64,000 bases of DNA from contig OZ244064.1 in the NCBI GenBank assembly GCA_965215425.1, positions 2,588,095 to 2,652,094 on the forward strand. Reading direction: 5' to 3'. This DNA comes from Dehalococcoidia bacterium (lineage in GTDB: Bacteria > Chloroflexota > Dehalococcoidia > Lucifugimonadales > UBA3495). The notes under the pieces are model-generated. The model was given only the letters and a program-made list of their open reading frames with translations. It did not search any database and was not told where the DNA came from. Position numbers and translations under genes: made by a program. This document shows positions 44,484-53,054 of this stretch, in pieces. Position 1 is the first letter of the stretch; every line of letters starts with the position of its first letter.

Positions 44484-45377
44484 ATGACCGACCGGAAGCG
44501 TAACGCCAACATCCGGCCCAGGCTGCCCGACTGGCTCAAGGTAACCATGCCGGGTAGCCCGCGTTATCTGGAACTAAAGCAGTTAATGCGGGGTCAGCAG
44601 TTGCACACGGTTTGCGAGGAGGCGCATTGTCCTAATATCGGCGAGTGCTGGGGAAGGGGCGCCGCTACTTTTATGATTCTGGGGGAAATCTGCACCCGCC
44701 GCTGCCACTACTGCGCGGTAACCACCGGCCGGCCGCAGGGACTGGATTTGCAGGAACCGGCCCGACTGGCCGAAACGGTTAAATGGATGGGACTGCGCTA
44801 TTGCGTCATTACCTCGGTTAACCGGGATGACCTGGTTGACGGGGGCGCTTTTATCTTTGCCGCTTGCATCAACCGGATTCGCGCCGAATCACCGGAGTGC
44901 AAAATCGAGACGCTAATACCCGACTTTGCCGGTTCCAGGGAGGCGTTGGCCCGAGTGATGGCGGCCGGGCCGGACGTGCTGAACCACAACATCGAATCTA
45001 CCCGGCGCATTTTCCCCCGAGTAAGGCCCCGGGGCGATTACCGGCGTTCCCTGGAGTTGTTAGCCCAAGCCAAGGAACTGGTTCCCGGCGCCGTCACCAA
45101 GTCCGGCATCATCGTCGGTATGGGAGAAACTGCGGCGGAAGTGGTTGAGACCATGCGGGACTTGCGGGAAGTGGGCTGCGATTTGCTGACCATCGGCCAA
45201 TACCTGCGGCCTTCGGCCAAACACCTTGCCATTGACCGCTTTTATCATCCGACGGAATTCGCCGACCTGGGCCGCATCGGACGGGAGCTGGGTTTCAAGC
45301 ATGTGGCCGCTGGCCCGTTGGTGCGCAGCTCCTACCATGCCGACGAGCAGCACGATGCCGCGATTCAGTCCGCCTGA
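44484..45377 (+). CDS. lipA: Lipoyl synthase
   Basis: CEEAHCPNIGECW and the radical-SAM motif CTRRCHYCAV are both present. The ATG is at 44484 (MTDRKRNANIRPRLPDWLKV). Confidence 0.92.
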   Translation: MTDRKRNANIRPRLPDWLKVTMPGSPRYLELKQLMRGQQLHTVCEEAHCPNIGECWGRGAATFMILGEICTRRCHYCAVTTGRPQGLDLQEPARLAETVKWMGLRYCVITSVNRDDLVDGGAFIFAACINRIRAESPECKIETLIPDFAGSREALARVMAAGPDVLNHNIESTRRIFPRVRPRGDYRRSLELLAQAKELVPGAVTKSGIIVGMGETAAEVVETMRDLREVGCDLLTIGQYLRPSAKHLAIDRFYHPTEFADLGRIGRELGFKHVAAGPLVRSSYHADEQHDAAIQSA

Positions 45378-45616
45378 TCCCCGCAGGCCGGTCGCTGACC
45401 GCTGCGAAAGCGGGAATCCAGGGCGTCCTGGCGCAGGTTCCGTTTGATTTTAGTGTTTCTTTGCGCATAGTTGCGCATATATTTTATATATATGTATATG
45501 TGCGCTGCCCCAGCGGGGTTAAACCCTGAAAGTGAACGGTATCCCGGCGTATAACAATTTTGCAGAGCAAGGTCATTTAGATTCCGGTTTTTCCGAATGA
45601 CCGACAAAAAGCCGAA

Positions 45617-47248
45617 ATGTCCGCTTACGCCGACTTGATCCTCGCCAACGCCCACGTCATCACCCTGGACCCGGCGCTACCCCTGGCCGAGGCGGTGGCC
45701 GTTTCGGGAGCTGAAATCCTGGCGGTGGGTCGCGATCGGGACATCGCCGATTGGCGCAAACCCCGCACCCAGGTTATAGACTGTCGGGGGCTGACCCTGA
45801 TTCCCGGCATCATTGACGCGCATTGCCATCTGCTGGCGTCGGCCTCGGCCCTGACCGGACTGGATTGCCGGCCGGCCGGCGGCGTTGTCTCGCTGGCCGG
45901 CCTGACCGGACGGCAGGGAATCATTGCCCGCCGGGCCGGAGAAACCCCGCCGGGCGGGTGGATTCGCGGCTTTGGCCTGGACCCGGCAGCTTTGGCGGAG
46001 GGCCGTTACCCCACCCGACAGGAATTGGACGACGCCGCCCCGGGGCATCCGGTACGGCTGGAACACGCCAGCGGCCACGCCGCCGTGTTGAACAGCCGGG
46101 GGTTGGAACTGGCCGGCATTGACGCCGCTACCGCCGACCCGCCGGAGGGTATCATCCACCGGGATGGAGCTACCGGAGAGCCGGACGGCCTGTTGCTGGA
46201 ACTGTCCGGCTGGTTGCGCGCCAGGCTCGGCAACACCCGCTCGGACGAAGAGCTTGCGGAGGGTGTGGCGCAGCTGAACCGCCGCCTGCTCCGCTATGGC
46301 ATTACCTCGACGCACGATGCCGGGCCCAACAACTCTCCCGACGCCTGGCAGACCTTTCAATCGCTGGTACAATCCGGCCAATTTCTCCCCCGGGTGCTGC
46401 TGATGGCCGGAGCCGGGCGGCTGTCCGACTTTGCGGCGGCCGGCTTGAGCTGGGGCAGCGGCGATGACCGGCTGCGGCTGGGCCACGCCAAGATAATGCT
46501 CACTCTGACTACCGGCGCAATGCAGCCGGCCCCGGATGAGTTGGGGGAATTGGTAGCGGACGCCCGTCGTCGCGGCTTTCCGGTGGCCGTCCACGCCATT
46601 GAGCAGGAGGCGATAGCCGCCGTCGCCGGGCTGATGGGGCTTGCCCGCCCCTTTCCGGTAGCGGAGGTCGCGGTCAAGGGTATTCCTTCCGGCAAGTCGC
46701 CGCCCCGCCCCCGGAACCGCATTGAGCATTGTGCCGAATGTCCGCCGGAACTGCTGGCGCAACTGCGACGCTGTGGCGCAATGGTGGTTACCCAGCCCGG
46801 GTTTATCTACCAGCGGGGCGACGGCTACCTGGAGCGGGTCGAGGCGGAACTGTTGCCCCACCTGTATCCCGTCGCTGCGCTGGCCCGGGCCGGGCTGCCT
46901 ATGGCCTTTGGCTCCGATGCGCCGGTTATCGACCCCTCGCCCTGGCCGGCCATCTACGGCGCCGTTACCCGTCGCACCGCCGCCGGACAAACTTTGCCGC
47001 CGGGAGCAATGGACGGCGCCGGGCTGCACCTGGAGTTCGAGGACGCTCTGCGGATTTACACCCGGGGCGGAGCTATAGCTGAAGGCGCCGAGTCGCGTAA
47101 GGGCGCCGTCCGCCCCGGAATGCTGGCCGACCTGGTCTTGATCGATCCCGGCCCGGCCGGGGCGGAAACCGAGGAAATAAAGGATACGAAGGTGCGGCTG
47201 ACCATAGTGGGCGGGCAGGTAGTTTGGGATGACGGAATCCGGGCTTAG
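45617..47248 (+). CDS. Amidohydrolase-3 (YtcJ-like) family metal-dependent hydrolase
   Basis: ILANAHVITLD...GLTLIPGIIDAHCHL is the HxH motif in the family's N-terminal context, and GSDAPV lies near the C-terminus. Confidence 0.85.
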   Translation: MSAYADLILANAHVITLDPALPLAEAVAVSGAEILAVGRDRDIADWRKPRTQVIDCRGLTLIPGIIDAHCHLLASASALTGLDCRPAGGVVSLAGLTGRQGIIARRAGETPPGGWIRGFGLDPAALAEGRYPTRQELDDAAPGHPVRLEHASGHAAVLNSRGLELAGIDAATADPPEGIIHRDGATGEPDGLLLELSGWLRARLGNTRSDEELAEGVAQLNRRLLRYGITSTHDAGPNNSPDAWQTFQSLVQSGQFLPRVLLMAGAGRLSDFAAAGLSWGSGDDRLRLGHAKIMLTLTTGAMQPAPDELGELVADARRRGFPVAVHAIEQEAIAAVAGLMGLARPFPVAEVAVKGIPSGKSPPRPRNRIEHCAECPPELLAQLRRCGAMVVTQPGFIYQRGDGYLERVEAELLPHLYPVAALARAGLPMAFGSDAPVIDPSPWPAIYGAVTRRTAAGQTLPPGAMDGAGLHLEFEDALRIYTRGGAIAEGAESRKGAVRPGMLADLVLIDPGPAGAETEEIKDTKVRLTIVGGQVVWDDGIRA

Positions 47249-47299
47249 ATCGCTGAAAAGGCCGGGCAATAGTGGTCGGGGAATGGCAAAGGAGCTTCC

Positions 47300-47391
47300 G
47301 GGTTTGTTTGCAAGGCGCTTGGAGCGACCCTACTACCACCGAGACCACGATAACCTGGGAGGGTCTGTTTGCAAGGCGCCTGGATCGACCC
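47300..47391. repeat. Repeat-spacer-repeat unit: 31-nt direct repeat GGGT(T/C)TGTTTGCAAGGCGC(T/C)TGGA(G/T)CGACCC separated by 30 nt, period 61
   Basis: The copies lie at 47300..47330 and 47361..47391 and match at 28 of 31 positions. The flanking and intervening sequences are unrelated. Confidence 0.85.
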
Positions 47392-47442
47392 GTCGCTTCT
47401 GCGCAAAGTTCAGGAGGAGCGGGCAGGGTTTGCCAACCGGCC

Positions 47443-48426
47443 CTAGCGGTTACGCTCCCGGACGTATTCCGCCAGGGTTTCCAGCGAGTCGCGGCTGGCG
47501 CATTGGGGAAGGGTTTCCAGGGACTGGCAGGCCTTGTCGCAGTATTCCCGGATAATGGTAAAACAGTCGGCGACGATGGTCGAGTTGTTAATCATATCCA
47601 GGGCTTGTTGGAGTTTCCCGTCCTTTTCCGGCTCCCGGAACAGGTCCGGGATGGGGTTGTCCACGGGGTACCGTTCCAGTAAGAGGATGGTGGGCAGGGT
47701 GAGCACCCCCTGAAGCAGATCGTTGCCTACCGGCTTACCCAACTCGTCCTCGGTGCTTTGCAGGTCCAACAGGTCGTCCACAATCTGAAAGGCCATCCCG
47801 ATGTTATACCCGTAGGCGCGCAGGGCCTGGATTTGCTCCTCAGTGGCCCCGCTCAAGACCGCCCCGGTCTCCGCGGCGGTGCAGAACAGGGAGGCGGTCT
47901 TGCGATAGATGCGGTCGTAGTACCGGTCCATCTCCTGTCTGGGGTTAAAGGTGTTGAAATACTCCATGATTTCCCCACTGGCCAGTTCCATGATGGTTTC
48001 GGCGAACCGGCGCACCACCCGCAAATTGCCGGTATCGCAAACCAGGGCTGCCGAGGCGGCGAAGAGGTAATCGCCGAACAGCACCGCCACTTGCTTGCCC
48101 CAGCGCCCGCTAACCGAGGTTCGGCCTCGGCGCAAGGCGGCATCGTCCACCGTGTCATCGTGAATCAGGGTAGCCAGGTGGAGTAACTCCACCCCGGCGG
48201 CCATGTTCACCGGGTTTTGAGAGTTCAGCGGAAAGATGTTGGCCGCCAGCAGGGTGAGGGCCGGGCGAACCCGTTTCCCGCCGTGGGAAAGAACGTGGTT
48301 GAGCATCGGCTCCAATTCCGGGATGGTGGTATCAGACAAATTGCGTAACTTGTCCTCAACCTGGGCCAGCTGTTCCTGAACCGGGGCGTAGATTACAACT
48401 GCCTGCTGATCTAATCCCTGCACCAA
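47443..48426 (-). CDS. Polyprenyl diphosphate synthase (hepta/octaprenyl type)
   Basis: The first DDxxD is LIHDDTVDD and the second is IVDDLLD. It lies 8 nt downstream of metG. Confidence 0.88.
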   Translation of the reverse strand: MVQGLDQQAVVIYAPVQEQLAQVEDKLRNLSDTTIPELEPMLNHVLSHGGKRVRPALTLLAANIFPLNSQNPVNMAAGVELLHLATLIHDDTVDDAALRRGRTSVSGRWGKQVAVLFGDYLFAASAALVCDTGNLRVVRRFAETIMELASGEIMEYFNTFNPRQEMDRYYDRIYRKTASLFCTAAETGAVLSGATEEQIQALRAYGYNIGMAFQIVDDLLDLQSTEDELGKPVGNDLLQGVLTLPTILLLERYPVDNPIPDLFREPEKDGKLQQALDMINNSTIVADCFTIIREYCDKACQSLETLPQCASRDSLETLAEYVRERNR

Positions 48427-48434
48427 AACATTCC

Positions 48435-50123
48435 CTAAATTGCCGGAGCCCCCAGCCGCCCGCTTTCCGCCGCAACGATTTGGGGGTCCAGCTTGGTATA
48501 AAGAGGCGCCGGCTGCCGCAAGATATTGCCGCCCCGGATACCATCGATCAGCGGCTCAAACTCCCACTCCTCTTCTTCTATCCTCCCGTCAAAACCCAGG
48601 TAGTGATGAACCTTTTGCGAACTGAAGGGCAGGAAAGGCGCCAGGATTACCTTCAGGCAGTTGATAACCTTGAGCGCCACGCAGAGAGAAGTGGCCGCCG
48701 CTTGCCGCTCAGTCTTGATAGCACGCCAGGGGGCTTTAACGTCCAGGTAGCGGTTAGTTTCCTGGGCCAGGGCAAAGGCCTGGCTGATCGCCGCCTTGAA
48801 CCGGGTATGGCCCAGGCTGTCGCCCACCGCTTCCAGGGCGGCGCGGGCCGCCGCCAGGATTTGCTCGTCCAACTGGTCCAGGGGCCCCGGCTCCGGCACC
48901 CTGCCGTCAAAGTTGCGATAGGTAAAGGAAAGCACCCGGTTGACCAGGTTGCCGTAAGTGGCGACTAGTTCCTCGTTGTTTCGCCGGACAAACTCGGCCC
49001 AGGAAAAGTCGGCATCTCCGGTCTCCGGCATATTGATTGACAGCAAGTAACGTAGCGGGTCGGGGTCGTACCGCTCCAGGTAATCGGGGAGCCACACCGC
49101 CCAGTTCTGGCTGGTGGAGAACTTGCGGCTCTCCAGGCTGAGGAACTCATTGGCCGGCACGTCGTAGGGCAGGTTCAGCCCGTTGCCGTAACCCATGATC
49201 ATCGCCGGCCAGATGATACTGTGAAAGGGAATGTTATCTTTGCCGATGAAGTAGTAGCTCCGGGTCGCCGGGTCTTTCCAGAAGTCATGCCAGCGGTCGG
49301 CCTGTCCGGTGTTGGCGGCCCACTCGACCGCTGCTGACAAGTAGCCGATTACCGCCTCGAACCAGACATAGATGCGCTTGCCTTCGTAGCCCTCCAGGGG
49401 AATGGGAATGCCCCAGGTCAGGTCTCGGGTAATCGCCCGGTCTTTCAGGCCGCCCTCCAGGAAGCTGCGGGTCTGGTTGGAGACGTTGGCCCGCCAGTGG
49501 GGCTGCTGCCGTATCCAGTCCAGCAGAGGTTCTTGAAAAGCGGACAGTTTCAGGAAGAAATGCTCCGACTCCCGGAACTCCGGTCCGCTTCCGCACAGGA
49601 TACACTGGACCTGAATCAGCTCCTGGGGGTCCAGCGTCCGGCCGCACTGGTCGCACTGGTCGCCGCGCGCCCGGGCATAACCGCAGTAGGGACAGGCGCC
49701 CTCGACATAACGGTCGGGCAGGAACCGCTGGCAACCGGAACAATAGGCCAGCAGCATATTCCCGGTATAGATATAGCCTTGGGCCAGCAGCGACGTGAAA
49801 ATATCGTGGACGACGCGTTCATGGTTTTCCGTGTTGGTGTGGGTGAAAAGGTCAAAGGTAACGCCCAACCGGTTCCAGGTGTTCAGAAATTCGGCGTGAT
49901 ACCGCTCCACCACCTCCCGCGGCGTGATACCCTCCTGGTCGGCGCGGATGGTGATGGGAGTGCCGTGAGTATCGCTGCCGGATACCATCAAGACCTCGTT
50001 GCCCCGCATCCGGTGGTAGCGGGCGAAAATATCCGCCGCCAGGTAGCAGCCAGCCAGGTGTCCCAGATGCAAAGGACCGTTGGCATAGGGCCAGGCAACG
50101 CCGATGAAAATGCGTTCGGTCAA
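48435..50123 (-). CDS. metG: Methionine--tRNA ligase
   Basis: PYANGPLHLGHLAG is the HIGH motif, a Zn knuckle is present (CPYCGY...CDQCG), and KFSTSQ is the KMSKS motif. Confidence 0.93.
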   Translation of the reverse strand: MTERIFIGVAWPYANGPLHLGHLAGCYLAADIFARYHRMRGNEVLMVSGSDTHGTPITIRADQEGITPREVVERYHAEFLNTWNRLGVTFDLFTHTNTENHERVVHDIFTSLLAQGYIYTGNMLLAYCSGCQRFLPDRYVEGACPYCGYARARGDQCDQCGRTLDPQELIQVQCILCGSGPEFRESEHFFLKLSAFQEPLLDWIRQQPHWRANVSNQTRSFLEGGLKDRAITRDLTWGIPIPLEGYEGKRIYVWFEAVIGYLSAAVEWAANTGQADRWHDFWKDPATRSYYFIGKDNIPFHSIIWPAMIMGYGNGLNLPYDVPANEFLSLESRKFSTSQNWAVWLPDYLERYDPDPLRYLLSINMPETGDADFSWAEFVRRNNEELVATYGNLVNRVLSFTYRNFDGRVPEPGPLDQLDEQILAAARAALEAVGDSLGHTRFKAAISQAFALAQETNRYLDVKAPWRAIKTERQAAATSLCVALKVINCLKVILAPFLPFSSQKVHHYLGFDGRIEEEEWEFEPLIDGIRGGNILRQPAPLYTKLDPQIVAAESGRLGAPAI

Positions 50124-50349
50124 GGGAGCGTCCTTAAAACGGGGTGTACGATCGCCGTCTAGGATAGCATAAATCGGGAATCAGTAACAATATAATCATC
50201 AGTATCAGCTATAATCGGAACAGGCGCTGGCAGCGAACCGGGAGGGAGACCGACAAGCCTTATGCGGGTTATCAGTGGGGAGATGCCGCCGGATTGAACC
50301 GGGTTGCTCGGGTTAAAGAGACAATTATCCGCCTGGTTGTAATTTTCTG

Positions 50350-50378
50350 TTGACAATGCTTATTCCCGTTGCTATCAT
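50350..50378 (+). promoter_or_regulatory. Sigma-70-type promoter (TTGACA-17 nt-TATCAT) for the ilv-leu leader
   Basis: The -35 lies at 50350..50355 and the -10 at 50373..50378, directly upstream of T-box Stem I. Confidence 0.55.
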
Positions 50379-50397
50379 TTCTGACAGTTATCGGTCC

Positions 50398-50685
50398 CGC
50401 TGAGAAAGGGAGTATTAAGAGTGCTTTGCCCCCAGAGAGCCGGCGTTTGGTGCAAGTCCGGCGGCAGTAGGCTCCCAACTCGCCCTGGAGCGGCCCGCCT
50501 GAACCAAGTAGGGCGTGGCGGTTGACCCCGTTAAAGGTTGGAAAAGCTGTTCCGGTCCCCATCCCGCGTCGAGCCTGTAGCGGGCTCATAGCTTGGTAAG
50601 CGTTGCGGGGTTTTGGGCCGGGAAAGAAGGGTGGTACCGCGGGAATTAAGCCCGTCCCTTCGGGGGATGGGCTTATTTATTTGGC
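50398..50685 (+). promoter_or_regulatory. T-box riboswitch leader, probable Leu (CUC) specifier, with terminator
   Basis: Stem I shows a K-turn (GCUGAGAA / GGAGCGG), an S-turn AGUA, an AGAGA bulge and a distal loop UUUGGUGCAAGU. The specifier loop is CCAA-CUC-G (CUC at 50479..50481). The T-box sequence AGGGUGGUACCGCG lies at 50628..50641 with a UGGU bulge, which would pair with an A73 discriminator. The terminator AAGCCCGUCCC-UUCG-GGGGAUGGGCUU plus a U-rich tail lies at 50648..50685. Confidence 0.85.
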
Positions 50686-50723
50686 AGCTAGCGATTGGTG
50701 CATCGCGAGAAGACGAGGAAAAA

Positions 50724-52418
50724 ATGGAACTGACCGGCGCGCAAATAGCTTGTGAAAGCCTCCTCCAGGAGGGGGTGGAAGTGATCTTCGGCTTGCCCGG
50801 GGGCGCAGTGCTGCCCTTTTATGGCGCCCTCAGCGGCTATCCCCAGTTGCGGCATATCCTGGTGCGCCACGAGCAAGCCGCGGCCATGGCCGCCGACGGC
50901 TATGCCCGAGCCACCGGAAAGGTCGGCGTTTGCACCGCTACCTCGGGGCCTGGCGCCACTAACCTGGCTACCGGCATTGCCGGCGCTATGATGGATTCCA
51001 TCCCGATGGTGGCGATCACCGGCCAGGTGCCCCGCCCGGCCATTGGCCGGGATTCTTTCCAGGAAACGGACATTACCGGCATTACCCTGCCGATAACCAA
51101 GCATAATATGCTGATTCTCCAGGTGGAGGACGTCGCCCCGGCCATCAAGGAGGCTTTCCACATCGCCAGGACCGGGCGGCCCGGGCCGGTGCTGCTGGAC
51201 ATCCCCAAAGACGTTCTGGCGGGGGAACGCTGTCCCTTCGTCTGGCCGAAGCAGGTTAACCTGCCCGGGTATAACCCGCCGGGGGCAGCTGACGCCGTTC
51301 AGGTATCCCAGGCCTGTGAATTGATCAACCGGGCGGAGCGGCCGGTTATCCTGGCCGGTCACGGGGTGCTTATTTCCCATGCCTACGCCGAGTTGAAGGA
51401 GTTGGCGGAGAAGGCCCAGATTCCGGTCATCACAACTCTGCTGGGCATCAGCTCCTTCCCCACCAACCACTTGCTCCACGCCGGTATGCCCGGTATGCAC
51501 GGCATGGCCTATGCCAGCCTCGCCATCGACCAGGCGGACCTGCTGATTTCCCTGGGGATGCGGTTTGACGACCGGGTAACCGGCCGGCTGTCCGATTTTG
51601 CCCCCAATGCCAGGGTGGTGCACGTGGACGTGGACCCGTCGGAGTTTCACAAGAACGTTAAGGCCACGGTGCCGGTGCTGGGCGAACTGAAACAGGTATT
51701 GAACCAGATGCTGCCCGAGGTGGAGCGCAAGACTCACCTGGCGTGGCTCCAGTGTATTGACACGCTGCGGGCGGAGCATCCTTCGCTGCACATACGGCAA
51801 ACCGACGAATTGCTGCCCCAGTACGTGCTGAAGCAGCTTTCCGACATCACCGAGGGCAACGCCATCGTGGTAACCGGCGTGGGCCAGCACCAGATGTGGG
51901 CGGCCCAGCACTATGCCTACAAAGAACCCAATACCCTGCTGACCTCCGGCGGCCTGGGCGCCATGGGCTTCGAGGTTCCCGCGGCCCTGGGGGCCAAGGT
52001 AGGCCGCCCCGACAAGGTTGTATGGTCCATCGCCGGCGACGGCGGGTTCCAGATGACTATGTGCGACCTGGCTACCGCGGTGGAGAACAACATTGACGTC
52101 AAGTTCGCCATTCTGAATAACGGCACGCTGGGCATGGTGCGGCAATGGCAGGACTTTTTCTATGACAAGGACTACTTTGCCACGGTCTATTCGGGTAATC
52201 CCGACTTTGTGAAGCTGGCCGAAGCCTATGGCATCACCGGAATACGGGTAACCGACAAGACCCAGGTGGCGGCGGGGATCCGTCAGGCGATGGAAACCCC
52301 CGGCCCGGTGGTGATGGATTTCATCGTCAAGCAAGACGAGCAGGTTTACCCGATGATTCCGGCCGGCGAGTCGGTCAACGAGATGATGGAAGAACCAGTC
52401 CCGGAGAGGATTTTCTGA
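50724..52418 (+). CDS. ilvB: Acetolactate synthase large subunit
   Basis: GAQIACESLLQEGVEVIFGLPGGA, the TPP motif GDGGFQMTMCDLATAVENNIDVKFAILNN, and its context with ilvN/ilvC support the call. The ATG is at 50724. Confidence 0.92.
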   Translation: MELTGAQIACESLLQEGVEVIFGLPGGAVLPFYGALSGYPQLRHILVRHEQAAAMAADGYARATGKVGVCTATSGPGATNLATGIAGAMMDSIPMVAITGQVPRPAIGRDSFQETDITGITLPITKHNMLILQVEDVAPAIKEAFHIARTGRPGPVLLDIPKDVLAGERCPFVWPKQVNLPGYNPPGAADAVQVSQACELINRAERPVILAGHGVLISHAYAELKELAEKAQIPVITTLLGISSFPTNHLLHAGMPGMHGMAYASLAIDQADLLISLGMRFDDRVTGRLSDFAPNARVVHVDVDPSEFHKNVKATVPVLGELKQVLNQMLPEVERKTHLAWLQCIDTLRAEHPSLHIRQTDELLPQYVLKQLSDITEGNAIVVTGVGQHQMWAAQHYAYKEPNTLLTSGGLGAMGFEVPAALGAKVGRPDKVVWSIAGDGGFQMTMCDLATAVENNIDVKFAILNNGTLGMVRQWQDFFYDKDYFATVYSGNPDFVKLAEAYGITGIRVTDKTQVAAGIRQAMETPGPVVMDFIVKQDEQVYPMIPAGESVNEMMEEPVPERIF

Positions 52419-52997
52419 ATGAACGGAAACGGTCGGCACCACACCATAATCGCCCTGGTACAGGATAAACCCGGCGTCCTGACCCGGGTTGCCGGACTGT
52501 TTCGCCGCCGTGGCTTTAATATCTCCAGTCTGGCGGTGGGTAACAGTGAACAAAAAGGTCTGTCCCGGATGACCTTCGTCGTCGATGGCGACCAGTACAC
52601 CGTCGACCAGGCCACCAAGCAATTGGATAAGCTGGTTGACGTGGTAAAAGTAGCCAACATATCCGATGAAGAAATAGTATCCCGGGAGTTGGCCCTGATT
52701 AAGGTGAGGGTTACTCCCACCACCCGGGGCGAAATTCTGGAAATGGTCAATCCCTTCCGCGCCGAAATCGTGGACGTGGGCGCCCAGTCAATGGTTATCG
52801 AGGTAACCGGCAGTGGGGATAAGATACAGGCCCTCTATGGCTTGCTGGAACCTTTCGGCGTCCTGGAACTGATGCGCACCGGCCGGGTGGCCATGGTGCG
52901 CGGTCAGGCCGAGGGCCGGGTGAGCGACGACCTGATAATCAACTACCACGGCGATGGGCTGAAGGTCAACGAAGCCTACGAAGTCGGCTCCTACTAA
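52419..52997 (+). CDS. ilvN: Acetolactate synthase small (regulatory) subunit
   Basis: The ACT domain is ALVQDKPGVLTRVAGLFRRRGFNISSLAVG. The ATG abuts the ilvB stop codon. Confidence 0.92.
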   Translation: MNGNGRHHTIIALVQDKPGVLTRVAGLFRRRGFNISSLAVGNSEQKGLSRMTFVVDGDQYTVDQATKQLDKLVDVVKVANISDEEIVSRELALIKVRVTPTTRGEILEMVNPFRAEIVDVGAQSMVIEVTGSGDKIQALYGLLEPFGVLELMRTGRVAMVRGQAEGRVSDDLIINYHGDGLKVNEAYEVGSY

Positions 52998-53054
52998 CGG
53001 GTAATCCGAAAACAGCGTAAATACACATGGCGCAAAGGAAGGAATAGCACAAAG

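Noticed and set aside
50688-52622. Very long minus- or plus-strand shadow ORFs: 50688..52622, 54258..55655, 52788..54014, 45677..47269, 30882..32501, 28264..29622, 17906..19384, 19388..20410, 57836..59209, 59288..60082, 39064..40104, 36703..37500, 25194..26099 and 26770..27591.
   Set aside because: Each is the mirror of a gene with unambiguous conserved motifs (ilvB, leuA, ilvC, amidohydrolase, TPP enzyme, gentisate dioxygenase, XDH-family, proW, RraA-like, PAC2, M24). All have biased H/G/P/R/A/V composition and lack RBS-supported starts.
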